NCBI GenBank assembly: GCA_003220795.1 | Contig: QHTK01000046.1 | Location: 6,156-70,155 of the forward strand | DNA: 64,000 nucleotides | From: Gemmatimonadota bacterium | GTDB lineage: Bacteria > Gemmatimonadota > Gemmatimonadetes > Gemmatimonadales > GWC2-71-9 | Reading direction: 5' to 3' | In this document: positions 26,151 to 35,331 of the stretch, one piece after another | How positions within the stretch are numbered: position 1 is the first letter of the stretch | Layout of the letters: each line of letters begins with the position of its first letter | The notes under the pieces: model-generated | Told to the model about the DNA's origin: nothing | What the model saw: the letters and a program-made list of their open reading frames with translations, nothing else | Database searches by the model: none | Program-made: the position numbers and the translations under genes

Positions 26151-26576
26151 GTGTCCGAGCCTGTCGCGTACCCGTACGAGACGCGTCTCAACATCCTCTT
26201 TCCTCATCTCGCCGTTGTCGACCTCCAGCCGCTGATCGACGCCTGCCAGTTCCAGTGGTATAACCAGACCCTCTGCAAGGTGAATGACTCGGTCGTCCGA
26301 CTGGGCGTGATGCAGGGCGAGTATCACTGGCATCAGCACGACGCCGACGACGAGTTCTTCTATGTAGTAGAGGGCCAGTTCATCATCGATCTCGAGGGAC
26401 GCTCGGTCACACTCGGCCCGCGACAGGGCTTCGTGGTACCGCGGGGGGTCTTGCATCGCACTCGCGCTCCCGTGCGCAGCGTGATTCTCATGGTCGAGAC
26501 GGCGAGCATTGTGCCCACCGGGGACGCAGCGCGGCGCGGCGGTGGACACCCCAGCTCACGCCGCCGAGCCGATTGA
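26151..26576 (+). CDS. Cupin-domain protein
   Basis: GEYHWHQHDADDEFFYVVEG ... VVPRGVLHRTRA. Confidence 0.65.
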   Translation: MSEPVAYPYETRLNILFPHLAVVDLQPLIDACQFQWYNQTLCKVNDSVVRLGVMQGEYHWHQHDADDEFFYVVEGQFIIDLEGRSVTLGPRQGFVVPRGVLHRTRAPVRSVILMVETASIVPTGDAARRGGGHPSSRRRAD

Positions 26577-26617
26577 TCGATGCCGACCGTGCAAACAGAC
26601 GTGCTCGAGAGGTTTCG

Positions 26618-27136
26618 ATGAAACGTGTGCTGGTGATCGGTTCCGGTGGGACCGGGAAGACCACCGTCGCCCGGCGACTCGCCCAGCGGACGGGCCTTCC
26701 TCTCATCCACCTCGACCTCCTGTATTGGCGGCCCGGATGGCAGCCGACGCCGGGCGACGAATGGCAGCAGACCGTGGGGCGGCTTGTCGCCGGTGAAGAG
26801 TGGATCATCGACGGCAACTATGGAGGGACGCTCGACCTCCGTCTGACGGCCTGCGACACGGTCGTGTTCCTCGATTTGCCCCGCCTGCTGTGCCTCTGGC
26901 GTGTCCTCGTGCGGCAGCTGCGCTATTTTGGCCGTGAACGCCCCGAGCTTCCACCGGGGTGTCGCGAGCGATTGAGCTGGGAATTTCTCGTCTGGATATG
27001 GACCTATCCGTCGCGACGTCGGGGAGCCATTCTGGAGCGCTTGCAAGCGCTCGATCAGGGGAAGCGCGTCGCCATTCTGCGCAGTTCGTGCGAGATAGAC
27101 GACTTCATTGCCGGACGTCCTGGGGGAGCCTCATGA
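26618..27136 (+). CDS. Adenylate-kinase-related P-loop protein (topology-modulation FlaR-like)
   Basis: MKRVLVIGSGGTGKTT ... IHLDLLYWRPGW. Confidence 0.7.
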   Translation: MKRVLVIGSGGTGKTTVARRLAQRTGLPLIHLDLLYWRPGWQPTPGDEWQQTVGRLVAGEEWIIDGNYGGTLDLRLTACDTVVFLDLPRLLCLWRVLVRQLRYFGRERPELPPGCRERLSWEFLVWIWTYPSRRRGAILERLQALDQGKRVAILRSSCEIDDFIAGRPGGAS

Positions 27137-27840
27137 AGCCATTCTTGATCGTCGCCGTCTGCGCGGCCACAGGATTCGGCTGGACGCCTCGCTGCGCGTC
27201 GCAGGGCCAGCCACGCAGCCTCTTCAATGGTAAGGACCTCACGGGCTGGCACGTCGACGTCCCGGCCGCCGACTCCAACCCGCGGCTCCGCAGTCCGTTC
27301 CTCGTGCGCAATGGAGTGCTCGTGAGCCTGGGTGAGCCCCGCGGGCATCTCATCACGGATTCGAGCTACCGCGACTACCGGCTCGACGTCGAATACCGCT
27401 TCCCAGCAAAGCCCGGCAACTCCGGTGTGTTGGTACACGCGTCGACGCCGCGCGCCCTCTACGCGATGTTTCCGCGCTCGATCGAGGTGCAGTTGGAGCA
27501 CGGGAACGCCGGCGATTTCTGGTGCATTCTGGAAGACATCCACGTGCCCGACATGGAGCGTCGGCGCGGACCACCGGCGCAATGGGGGACCACGGAGGGC
27601 AAGGCGCGACGCATCCTGAACTTGACCGACAACTCCGAGAAGCCGGTCGGCGAGTGGAACACCATGGTGATCGAGGCCGTCGGCCGCGCGATCAGAGTCT
27701 GGGTCAACGGGGACGTGGTGAATGACGGCTCGGACGCGACGGCCGATCGCGGCCGGATCGCGCTGCAGTCGGAAGGGTCCGAGGTCGAGTTCCGGAAGGT
27801 CTCCCTGGCCCCGATCAGCAAGCTGACCGTCACGCCTTGA
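27133..27840 (+). CDS. DUF1080 (3-keto-disaccharide hydrolase-like) secreted protein
   Basis: Signal peptide; LFNGKDLTGW ... IALQSEGSEVEFRKVSL. Confidence 0.7.
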   Translation: MKPFLIVAVCAATGFGWTPRCASQGQPRSLFNGKDLTGWHVDVPAADSNPRLRSPFLVRNGVLVSLGEPRGHLITDSSYRDYRLDVEYRFPAKPGNSGVLVHASTPRALYAMFPRSIEVQLEHGNAGDFWCILEDIHVPDMERRRGPPAQWGTTEGKARRILNLTDNSEKPVGEWNTMVIEAVGRAIRVWVNGDVVNDGSDATADRGRIALQSEGSEVEFRKVSLAPISKLTVTP

Positions 27841-27890
27841 GTCAACACGCATGTGAAGCTGGCGAGCGCATGCACGGAGAGTAGAATTCC
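27841..27890 (+). repeat. Class B attC left-half relic
   Basis: GTCAACACGCATGTGAAGCTGGCGAGCGC...GTAGAATTCC versus class B GCCTAACACGCGCCTGAAGCTGACGGCGCC...GGTAGAATTCC; starts right after the stop at 27840. Confidence 0.5.
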
Positions 27891-27906
27891 AAACGAGGAG
27901 GCGCAC

Positions 27907-28119
27907 ATGGCTGAGAGCGTGTACAAAGTCATCGAGCTGATCGGGACCAGCCCCGAATCCTGGGAGAAAGCAGCTGCCGCAGCGATCAAGCGAGCGGCGA
28001 AAACGTTGCGCGACCTCCGAGTGGCCGAGATCTCGCAACTCGACATGCAGCTGAAAGACGGCAAGGTCGAGAGCTATCGCGCGAAGGTCAAAGTGTCCTT
28101 CAAGTACGAAGGGGACTAG
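27907..28119 (+). CDS. Dodecin-family flavin-binding protein
   Basis: 70 aa; VYKVIELIGTSPESWEKAAAAAI ... YRAKVKVSFKYE. Confidence 0.7.
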   Translation: MAESVYKVIELIGTSPESWEKAAAAAIKRAAKTLRDLRVAEISQLDMQLKDGKVESYRAKVKVSFKYEGD

Positions 28120-28131
28120 GCCCCAAGCCTC

Positions 28132-28872
28132 GTGTTCACGGAGTCGGCCGAGCTCTACGACCTCATCTACTCCAGTTCTAAGGACTACCGGGCCGAGACG
28201 GCGCACATCGCGGCGCTGCTGCGGTCCCTGCATCCGGCCTGCCGCACGCTGCTCGACGTAGGCTGCGGCACCGGCGAGCACGCTCGTCTGCTTGCCAGCC
28301 TCCACGGCTTCACGGTGGACGGCCTAGACCTGAATCCGGACTTCCTCCGGATTGCGCGGGCGAAGCACTCCGCCGGGCGATTTCTCGAGGCGGACATGAG
28401 CAATTTCCGGCTTCCCAGTCAGTACGACGCGATCCTCTGCCTGTTCAGCTCGATCGGCTACCTGAAGACGCTCGATCGGGTCAAACAAGCCCTGCACTGC
28501 TTCCGGAAGCATCTGGAACCCGACGGCGTCGTCATCGTCGAACCGTGGTTCTCGCCTGACAAAATGCACACGGGCCACCCTTCGAGCCGCGCAGCCGAGG
28601 CTCCAGGCATTCGGGTGCAGCGACTCGGCACCACTGAGGTGGAAGGTCGGCTCTCGCGCCTCCGCTTCGAGTATACGATTGAGACCGTGGACGGAACGCG
28701 GCACGCGACGGAAGTTCATGAATTGGGTCTCTTCACAGTCGAGGAGATGCTCTCAGCGTTCAGCGCCACACGCCTGTTGGCAGAGTATCAACCCGACGGA
28801 CTCGCTGGACGTGGCCTGTACATTGCCCGTCCTGCACCGGGTGGTCCCGACCCCCACCTTAGGCCGCAGTGA
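28132..28872 (+). CDS. Class I SAM-dependent methyltransferase
   Basis: YDLIYSS...LLDVGCGTGEH...DAILCLFSSIGY. Confidence 0.8.
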   Translation: MFTESAELYDLIYSSSKDYRAETAHIAALLRSLHPACRTLLDVGCGTGEHARLLASLHGFTVDGLDLNPDFLRIARAKHSAGRFLEADMSNFRLPSQYDAILCLFSSIGYLKTLDRVKQALHCFRKHLEPDGVVIVEPWFSPDKMHTGHPSSRAAEAPGIRVQRLGTTEVEGRLSRLRFEYTIETVDGTRHATEVHELGLFTVEEMLSAFSATRLLAEYQPDGLAGRGLYIARPAPGGPDPHLRPQ

Positions 28873-28914
28873 GCTGGCGCGCCTTGAGTCTCGCTTTGTG
28901 ACGCACTACCACTG

Positions 28915-30276
28915 ATGGAGCGCCGCTTCGGCCTGATTCACGCCACGGCGCTCAATATGACGAACATGATCGGGATCGGACCGTTCATCACGATCCCGCT
29001 GCTCATGTCCGCGCTCGGCGGCCCGCAGGCCATGCTCGGCTGGCTGGTCGCTCTGGTGATCGTGCTGTGCGACAGCACGGTCTGGAGCGAGCTCGGGGCG
29101 GCGTTGCCGGGATCCGGCGGGTCGTTCGGGTATCTGCGCCAGGGCTATGGCGCCGAGCAGGTCGGCCGGCTGATGGGCTTTCTCTTCGTCTGGCAATTCG
29201 TGCTCAGTGGCCCCCTCGAGATCGCGTCCGGGTACATCGGCTTCGCCCAGTACTTGGGCTACATCTGGAAGGGAATCACGACGCGTCAGACGATGCTCGT
29301 CGTGACCATCATCGGGCTCGCGAACTTGGCACTCCTGTACCGGCGCATCAGATCGATCGCGACGATCACCGTGGCGCTCTGGATCGGCACGGTCGTCACC
29401 GTCATCGCGGTCGTCGCGACCGGCGTACGGCATTTCGACCCCAAGATCGCCTTCGACTTTCCGCCGGGAGCGTTCAACTTCTCCCGGGGCTTTCTCGTGG
29501 GCCTCGGCGCCGCCTCGCGGATCGGCGTATACGACTACCTCGGCTATTACGACGTCTGTTATATCGGCGACGAGGTCGAGAATCCCGGCCGGGTGATCCC
29601 GCGGTCGATTCTCATCAGCACGATGGCGGTCGCGGTGATCTATCTCGCGGTCAATCTCTCGATCATCGGCGTCGTCCCCTGGCGGGACTTCGTCCCGGCC
29701 GCGTCGCACCCGCAGTCCAACTTCATCGTGTCGGTTCTCATGGAACGGACGTACGGTCCGGGCATCGCGACGCTATTCACGGCGATGATCCTGTGGACCG
29801 CGTTCGGCTCGGTCTTCGCCCTCTTGCTCGGGTACTCGCGGGTGCCGTATGCGGCGGCGAAGGACGGCTACTTCTTCAAAGTCTTCGCGCGCCTCCATCC
29901 GTCCCAGGGATTCCCCAGCGTCTCGCTGGTCGTGCTGGGCGTCCTCTCGATCCTCGCCGGGTTCGTGTCGCTGGGCATGGTGATCGATGCATTGATCACG
30001 ACGCGGATTCTGGTGCAGTTCATCGGGCAGATCGGCGCGGTGACGTTGCTGCGCCGGCGGGCGCCGGACCTGCCGAGGCCGTATCGGATGTGGCTCTATC
30101 CCATGCCGAGTCTCGTCGCTCTGCTGGGATGGATCTTCATTTTCGCCACGACGCCGCCCATGGTGGTCGCGTTTGGACTGGGTGCGCTGCTGCTCGGTGT
30201 CGTGTGCTTCGGTGCTTGGTCGTGGAGAGGACGAACCTGGCCCTTCGCGGCGCGAGGTCTGGCGGCATCGCTCTGA
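28915..30276 (+). CDS. APC-family amino-acid permease
   Basis: 453 aa, about 12 TM; NMTNMIGIGPFITIP, GSGGSFGYL. Confidence 0.85.
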   Translation: MERRFGLIHATALNMTNMIGIGPFITIPLLMSALGGPQAMLGWLVALVIVLCDSTVWSELGAALPGSGGSFGYLRQGYGAEQVGRLMGFLFVWQFVLSGPLEIASGYIGFAQYLGYIWKGITTRQTMLVVTIIGLANLALLYRRIRSIATITVALWIGTVVTVIAVVATGVRHFDPKIAFDFPPGAFNFSRGFLVGLGAASRIGVYDYLGYYDVCYIGDEVENPGRVIPRSILISTMAVAVIYLAVNLSIIGVVPWRDFVPAASHPQSNFIVSVLMERTYGPGIATLFTAMILWTAFGSVFALLLGYSRVPYAAAKDGYFFKVFARLHPSQGFPSVSLVVLGVLSILAGFVSLGMVIDALITTRILVQFIGQIGAVTLLRRRAPDLPRPYRMWLYPMPSLVALLGWIFIFATTPPMVVAFGLGALLLGVVCFGAWSWRGRTWPFAARGLAASL

Positions 30277-30287
30277 TGACGTCCCTT

Positions 30288-30782
30288 TCAGGCCGCCCCG
30301 ATCGGCGCGGCGCGGAACCCCCTGTCCGCGGCAACGCCGAGCCAGATGAAGAGCGCCAACACCAGGAGCTGCGTGATAGCAAACGGCGGCTCGGACTGGG
30401 TAGGCGCGGAGACGATCAAGGCGGGCAGCCGGCGGAACAACTGCGTGACCAGGACGAAGGTGTTGAAGTATGTGGCGAGCACCACGCCGGCGGCGTAGAT
30501 GCGGCGCCACGCCCCCGCGAAGTGTCTGAGATACTGCGCGACGACGACACCCGCCAGGACCACGAGTGACACGATCCCCACGATGTGTGACGGCAGCAGC
30601 GTGACGAAGGGGAACCCGAAGCCCGTGACGCTCGTCAAGACCGTGGTGACCAGGAAGACGAGCGCCCAGCGGCCGAGGAGTTTTCCGCTCGCGAACCCTC
30701 CTGCGACGACGAGACCGGCGAGGATGCCGATCAGGCTCAGCACCACGTGGATCAGCGTGAACGTCGTGAGGCTGAAGATCAT
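30288..30782 (-). CDS. Membrane protein
   Basis: 5 hydrophobic segments; only coherent ORF in the region. Confidence 0.5.
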   Translation of the reverse strand: MIFSLTTFTLIHVVLSLIGILAGLVVAGGFASGKLLGRWALVFLVTTVLTSVTGFGFPFVTLLPSHIVGIVSLVVLAGVVVAQYLRHFAGAWRRIYAAGVVLATYFNTFVLVTQLFRRLPALIVSAPTQSEPPFAITQLLVLALFIWLGVAADRGFRAAPIGAA

Positions 30783-30877
30783 GGTGGTGTCCTTGCGGGA
30801 GGGGAGGGGCAGCTGGTGGACCGAGCTAACCTACGCGCTACCTTCCGTTCCCGCGAACGGCCCGTAGTTTAAAACCC

Positions 30878-31228
30878 ATGCGCCTTCTCAGCGTCGTCGT
30901 GATCGCCAGCCTGCTCACCGCCTGCGAGCGCTCGATCGAGGTGCGCGGTATCTACGTAAACGACGATGGAGCCGGGGCCCTGGTCCCGTGCGACCAGCCC
31001 AAGACGCTGCTGAGCGTCAGCGACTCGGGACTGGCAAGCCGCTACCGGCTCCAAGCGACCAAGCCGTATGAGCCGGTCTACGTTCGCCTGCGTGGCGTCC
31101 GGGCGGACTCGGGGAGCATCTACGGCGGAAATCACCATTTGCGAGTCGGACAGATTCTCGAGGTGCGAGCGCGCGGGGCAGGGGAGTGTCCGAACGTCGC
31201 CAACTCGGTCTCATCGGTACTGCGCTGA
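30878..31228 (+). CDS. Hypothetical lipoprotein
   Basis: MRLLSVVVIASLLTAC lipobox. Confidence 0.5.
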   Translation: MRLLSVVVIASLLTACERSIEVRGIYVNDDGAGALVPCDQPKTLLSVSDSGLASRYRLQATKPYEPVYVRLRGVRADSGSIYGGNHHLRVGQILEVRARGAGECPNVANSVSSVLR

Positions 31229-31253
31229 TCCCTCCGGCCCGCCCCGCGAAGCC

Positions 31254-31862
31254 ATGATCGACGTGCGACCCGTCACCCTCGAGGGCGGCGGCGTCCGCCT
31301 CGAGCCGCTGACCGAAGACCACCACGACGCGCTTGCGACCGCGGCGGGCGATGGCCGCCTGTGGGAGCTGTGGTTTATCGGCGTCCCCCCGCCCGAGGGG
31401 ATGCGGGCCTACGTGGCCGACGCGCTCCAGGGGCAGCGGGACGGGCACATGCTCCCCTGGGCCGTGCGTGATCTCGCGAGCGGCACCGTCATCGGCTCGA
31501 CGCGCTATCACGACATCGTCCGCGGAATCGATCGCGTGGAAATCGGGCACACCTGGTACGCCCAAAGCCGTCAACGCACGCACGTCAACACGACGTGCAA
31601 GCTGCTCCTGCTCGCCCACGCGTTCGACACCCTCGGGTGCAAGGTCGTCGGCCTCCGGACGGACAACTTCAACTTTCGCTCGCAGCGGGCCATTGCAGCG
31701 CTGGGGGCGAAGCAGGACGGCGTGATCCGGCACTACGGCCTGCGGCGCGACGGATCGGTGCGTGACGTGGTGATGTACAGCATCCTCGCCGCGGAATGGC
31801 CGGACGTGCGGCGGCATCTCGAGTTGCGGCTCGCACGCCACGCGACGGCCAAGCGGCCGTAG
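31254..31862 (+). CDS. GNAT N-acetyltransferase (RimJ/RimL-like)
   Basis: VRLEPLTEDHHDAL ... RSQRAIAALGAKQDGVIR. Confidence 0.75.
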   Translation: MIDVRPVTLEGGGVRLEPLTEDHHDALATAAGDGRLWELWFIGVPPPEGMRAYVADALQGQRDGHMLPWAVRDLASGTVIGSTRYHDIVRGIDRVEIGHTWYAQSRQRTHVNTTCKLLLLAHAFDTLGCKVVGLRTDNFNFRSQRAIAALGAKQDGVIRHYGLRRDGSVRDVVMYSILAAEWPDVRRHLELRLARHATAKRP

Positions 31863-31877
31863 CATCCGTCTGCAATC

Positions 31878-33026
31878 ATGCGCCTCACGGTCTCCTTACT
31901 GTTCGCCGCCGCATGGACTCCTGTAGCGCCGATTCACGCGCAACGCGCCGATACGACGGTGCGCGTAGCGGTCGGGTTCGGAGTCGACACGGGATCCATT
32001 CCGAACCAGGAGATCTTCGCCCTGTGGCGCACCTACCTCTCGAGTCGCCCGGGGTGTCTACAACCGGCCCCTCTATGGTCGCCGTCCGAGCAGGCACGGT
32101 GGCCTGTTGTCGATCTGCTGTGCAGCTATGTGTACCAAGGGTTCACGAGGTTCACCGTCGTGGACCTCGCTCCTGCGATCGGGCTGGACAGCACCTACCT
32201 CATCCGCACGCTCGTCGGGAGAGTGTCCGATCCCGGGCAGGACCTGCAGCCACTGGCCCTCTACCGGGTCTACGCGACGCGTGAGGGAGGGCGGTGGGTG
32301 CTGGCCAACGCGCTGCCACGAGTGACCCGCCGCTGGAATCACGAAACGATCGGCCGCGTCACGTTCGTGTATCCCCCGACACGCCGTTTCGTACGCGCCC
32401 GCGCTCAGGCGACCGCCGTGTTCGTCGACTCTCTCGCCCGCGCGTTTCAGGTGCCTCCACCGCCCACCATCGGCTACTACTTCACAGACGACCTCATCGA
32501 AACCCTGGGTGCGGCCGGTCTCGAGTTCTTCCCGCTCGGCGGTGACACGGTCGGAGGGCGGAGCAACGCGCCGGATCATCTGGTCTTCATCGGCTCGTCC
32601 AGCAACGGCGAGGGCTACCGCCACGAGCTCGCGCACGTCATCCTGTGGCCCTTTCTGGCCCCGCTCCAGGCTGCGGGCCTCGTCCAGGAGGGGCTCATGA
32701 CGTGGACCGGGGGCTCTGCCGGGCTCGACTTCAGGGACCTCATGCCCGGGCTCAAACTGTATCTCGATGCCCACCCTGATCTGACGCTCGAGCGCGTAGT
32801 CACCGACCCGCCTCCGCGCAGCGGATCCCTCGACGTCGGCTACGACGGACTCGCGGTCCTGTGCCAGATGGTCTACGATGTCGGGGGTCTCGCGGGCGTT
32901 CGTAGCCTGGCGAGCGCCGGGCGGGACCCAAGCGCCGTCCTCGGCACCGCTGCCCGCCTGTTGAACGTCCCCCAGGCTCGACTCGACCGGCTCTGGCGCG
33001 ATCGCGTCGCCGCGTTGGCGCGCTAG
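31878..33026 (+). CDS. Secreted hypothetical protein with HExxH motif
   Basis: Signal peptide; GYRHELAHVILWPF. Confidence 0.45.
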   Translation: MRLTVSLLFAAAWTPVAPIHAQRADTTVRVAVGFGVDTGSIPNQEIFALWRTYLSSRPGCLQPAPLWSPSEQARWPVVDLLCSYVYQGFTRFTVVDLAPAIGLDSTYLIRTLVGRVSDPGQDLQPLALYRVYATREGGRWVLANALPRVTRRWNHETIGRVTFVYPPTRRFVRARAQATAVFVDSLARAFQVPPPPTIGYYFTDDLIETLGAAGLEFFPLGGDTVGGRSNAPDHLVFIGSSSNGEGYRHELAHVILWPFLAPLQAAGLVQEGLMTWTGGSAGLDFRDLMPGLKLYLDAHPDLTLERVVTDPPPRSGSLDVGYDGLAVLCQMVYDVGGLAGVRSLASAGRDPSAVLGTAARLLNVPQARLDRLWRDRVAALAR

Positions 33027-33087
33027 CGCGGCGCGATCGCGTTGCGCCGGCCGCCAAACGTCTACAGCTTAGGCCCCGATGATCCGC
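33015..33087 (+). repeat. Possible collapsed attC relic
   Basis: ...GCGCGATCGCGTTGCGCCGGCCGCCAAACGTCTACAGCTTAGGCCCCGATGATCCGC; keeps the TTGCGCCGGC, CAGCTTA and GATCCG blocks in consensus order. Confidence 0.35.
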
Positions 33088-33249
33088 AAACTCCCGTCCG
33101 GGAAGTATCGACTCTACTCGATGAAGCGGGATCCCAGGACCGGCAAGCGCCGGAACCTCGGGACGTTCCCGACGCGTGCCGCCGCCCTGCGGCACGAGCG
33201 GGCCGTGCAGTTCTTCAAGCACCGCCCCCGCTATTCTGACCTCGGGTGA
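33079..33249 (+). CDS. Small basic protein (56 aa), below the ORF-track cutoff
   Basis: My translation: MIRKLPSGKYRLYSMKRDPRTGKRRNLGTFPTRAAALRHERAVQFFKHRPRYSDLG; resembles a widespread small-protein family from memory. Confidence 0.4.
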   Translation: MIRKLPSGKYRLYSMKRDPRTGKRRNLGTFPTRAAALRHERAVQFFKHRPRYSDLG

Positions 33250-33252
33250 CTG

Positions 33253-33696
33253 GTGCAACCCGACACGGGGATCAACGCTGTGGCGCACGCGATTCAGCTC
33301 GCCGTCGCGCCCGTGTTCCTGCTCTCAGGAATCGGGGCGGTGCTGGCGGTTCTAACGAACCGCCTCTCGCGCATCATCGATCGCGGCCGGGCGCTCGACA
33401 GCCAACTGGCGGCCGGCGCTCCCCCCGATGCGGCGGCGGCCATTCACGCCGAGCTGAACGCCCTGTCGCGCCGCGCCCGGCTCATCAGTCGCGCGATCAC
33501 GCTCTGCACGGTTACGGCGCTGTTGGTATGCGCGGTCATCGCCACACTGTTCGTCGGCGCCTTTGTGGGTTTTGACGCCTCGGTACCCGTCGCGCTTTTC
33601 TTTGTGGCAGCCATGGTCGCCTTCTTCGGAGGCTTGTTGTCGTTCCTCCGGGAGATCTTCATTGCCACGGCAAATCTCCGCATCGGCCCTCATTAG
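33253..33696 (+). CDS. DUF2721 membrane protein
   Basis: AIQLAVAPVFLLSGIGAVLAVLTNRLSRIIDR. Confidence 0.65.
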   Translation: MQPDTGINAVAHAIQLAVAPVFLLSGIGAVLAVLTNRLSRIIDRGRALDSQLAAGAPPDAAAAIHAELNALSRRARLISRAITLCTVTALLVCAVIATLFVGAFVGFDASVPVALFFVAAMVAFFGGLLSFLREIFIATANLRIGPH

Positions 33697-33707
33697 GTAG
33701 CCACCAC

Positions 33708-33968
33708 GTGCGGACAGACGGGGAAGAGCCGACGGACCTCGTGGTCGTGTTTCAGACCGGGGACACGGTAGCGCTGGCGTTGGCGAAGGCGGCACTCGAG
33801 GATGAGGGGATCCCGTTCGTCACGCAGGGCGAGGGCGTGCAGGACTTGATCGGAGCCGGCCGGATGCCGGGCGGTTTCAATCTGGCCGCGGGTCCCGTCC
33901 GAATTCATGTAGAGCGACGGAACGCCGCGCGCGCGCGTGAGGTCCTGGCCGGGATCGCGCCCCGCTGA
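33708..33968 (+). CDS. DUF2007 (putative signal-transducing) protein
   Basis: 86 aa; LVVVFQTGDTVALALAKAALEDEGIPF. Confidence 0.6.
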   Translation: MRTDGEEPTDLVVVFQTGDTVALALAKAALEDEGIPFVTQGEGVQDLIGAGRMPGGFNLAAGPVRIHVERRNAARAREVLAGIAPR

Positions 33969-33978
33969 TGGCTCCTGG

Positions 33979-35331
33979 TCAACCCTTAATGGTCTTGGTG
34001 GCCTCGTCCCAGGATACGGCGCCCCTCCGAAAGTACGACTCATTCGCCATGTGACACGCCAGCGCCGCGTGGTGACCGAACACGACGTCCTCCACCACCG
34101 GTTTCCGGGTGCGTACGGCTTCAAAGAACGTCCACTGGTGTGGCCGGATGTCGTCGAAGTCCGGCCCGCTGAACGAGATCGTCTCCGGCATCGTTACCGG
34201 TTGGCCCATCTTGGGATCGTTCTCCTCGTGCCACTTGGCGAGGTAGGCCTGCCGCAACGCCCGCGGGTAGCTGCCCGTGTAATAGCTGGGGTATTGGTCC
34301 TTGCCGGACTGGGGCGTGAGGGTCAGGGCGGATCCCGTGACCTCCAGCAGGCCCTTTGAGCCCTGGATGCGGTACGTCTCCGGCATTTCCGTTCCCAGGT
34401 TCAGCCGCATGTACACCGGCAAACCGTCGTAGTCGTATACGACGGCCTGGACATCGGGCATGTTGCGGCCGTCCTTCCAGCGTCGGATACCGCCCACGGC
34501 ACTCGCCTGTTTGGGCGGGGCGTTGATCCCCAGCATGAACATCATCCCGCTGACCAGGTGCACCAGCAGGTCGCCGGCCACGCCGGTGCCGTACTCCTTC
34601 CAGCAGCGCCAGCGCGCGAAGATGAAGGGATCGAACGGGCGTTTGGGGACGGTCCCTTGCCACGTGTCCCAGTCGAGGTTCTTGGGGGAGAGATCGGGCG
34701 GCGGCGGATACTCCCACGCGCCGGTGGGGTCGTTGCGCCCCAGCCAGCCCTCGACGAGCATCAGATCGCCGAGGGTGCCCTGCGCGATCAGCTCCTTGGC
34801 CTTGGCGCAGACCTGGGAGCTGACGCGCTGCGAGCCGATCTGCACGATGCGGCCCGACCGCTTGGCCGCATCCACCATGGCCACGCCGTCGGCGGCGCTG
34901 TGCGACATCGGCTTCTCGCAGTAGATGTCCTTCCCCGCGGAGACCGCGTCCACGACCACCTGCTTGTGCCAGTGATCGGGCACGGCAGCCACGATGCAGT
35001 CGATCTCCTTGTTGTCGAGCAGCTCCTGATAGCGGCGCGTGACGGGCAGATCCGCCCGCACGATCTCGCGTGCCAACGTGTGCCGGCCATCGTACAGGTC
35101 GCAGGCGGCGGCGCATTCCACGCCGGGCAGCGTGATCGCCTGGGACAGGAGTCCCGAGCCCTGCATGCCGACGCCGATCATGCCGAAGCGGACCCGGTCA
35201 GAGGCGGCCACGGCCCCCGGATCGGGCACGAGATGGGGTGGGAGCGGCCCGAGCGTATTCGCGGCGAGCGACGCGCCGGCGGCCGCGCTCATGCCGACGA
35301 ACTCGCGGCGCGAATAGTTGTGCGTCTTCAC
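33979..35331 (-). CDS. Gfo/Idh/MocA-family oxidoreductase with Tat signal
   Basis: SRREFVGMSAAAGASLAA; FGMIGVGMQG Rossmann motif. Confidence 0.85.
   Translation of the reverse strand: MKTHNYSRREFVGMSAAAGASLAANTLGPLPPHLVPDPGAVAASDRVRFGMIGVGMQGSGLLSQAITLPGVECAAACDLYDGRHTLAREIVRADLPVTRRYQELLDNKEIDCIVAAVPDHWHKQVVVDAVSAGKDIYCEKPMSHSAADGVAMVDAAKRSGRIVQIGSQRVSSQVCAKAKELIAQGTLGDLMLVEGWLGRNDPTGAWEYPPPPDLSPKNLDWDTWQGTVPKRPFDPFIFARWRCWKEYGTGVAGDLLVHLVSGMMFMLGINAPPKQASAVGGIRRWKDGRNMPDVQAVVYDYDGLPVYMRLNLGTEMPETYRIQGSKGLLEVTGSALTLTPQSGKDQYPSYYTGSYPRALRQAYLAKWHEENDPKMGQPVTMPETISFSGPDFDDIRPHQWTFFEAVRTRKPVVEDVVFGHHAALACHMANESYFRRGAVSWDEATKTIKG

Noticed and set aside
28873-28914. Possible attC left-arm relic after the methyltransferase (GCGCGCCTTGAGTCTCGC versus AGCGCTTGAAGCTGGCG)
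   Set aside because: The match is short, lacks an R''-like box and is within chance expectation for GC-rich sequence.
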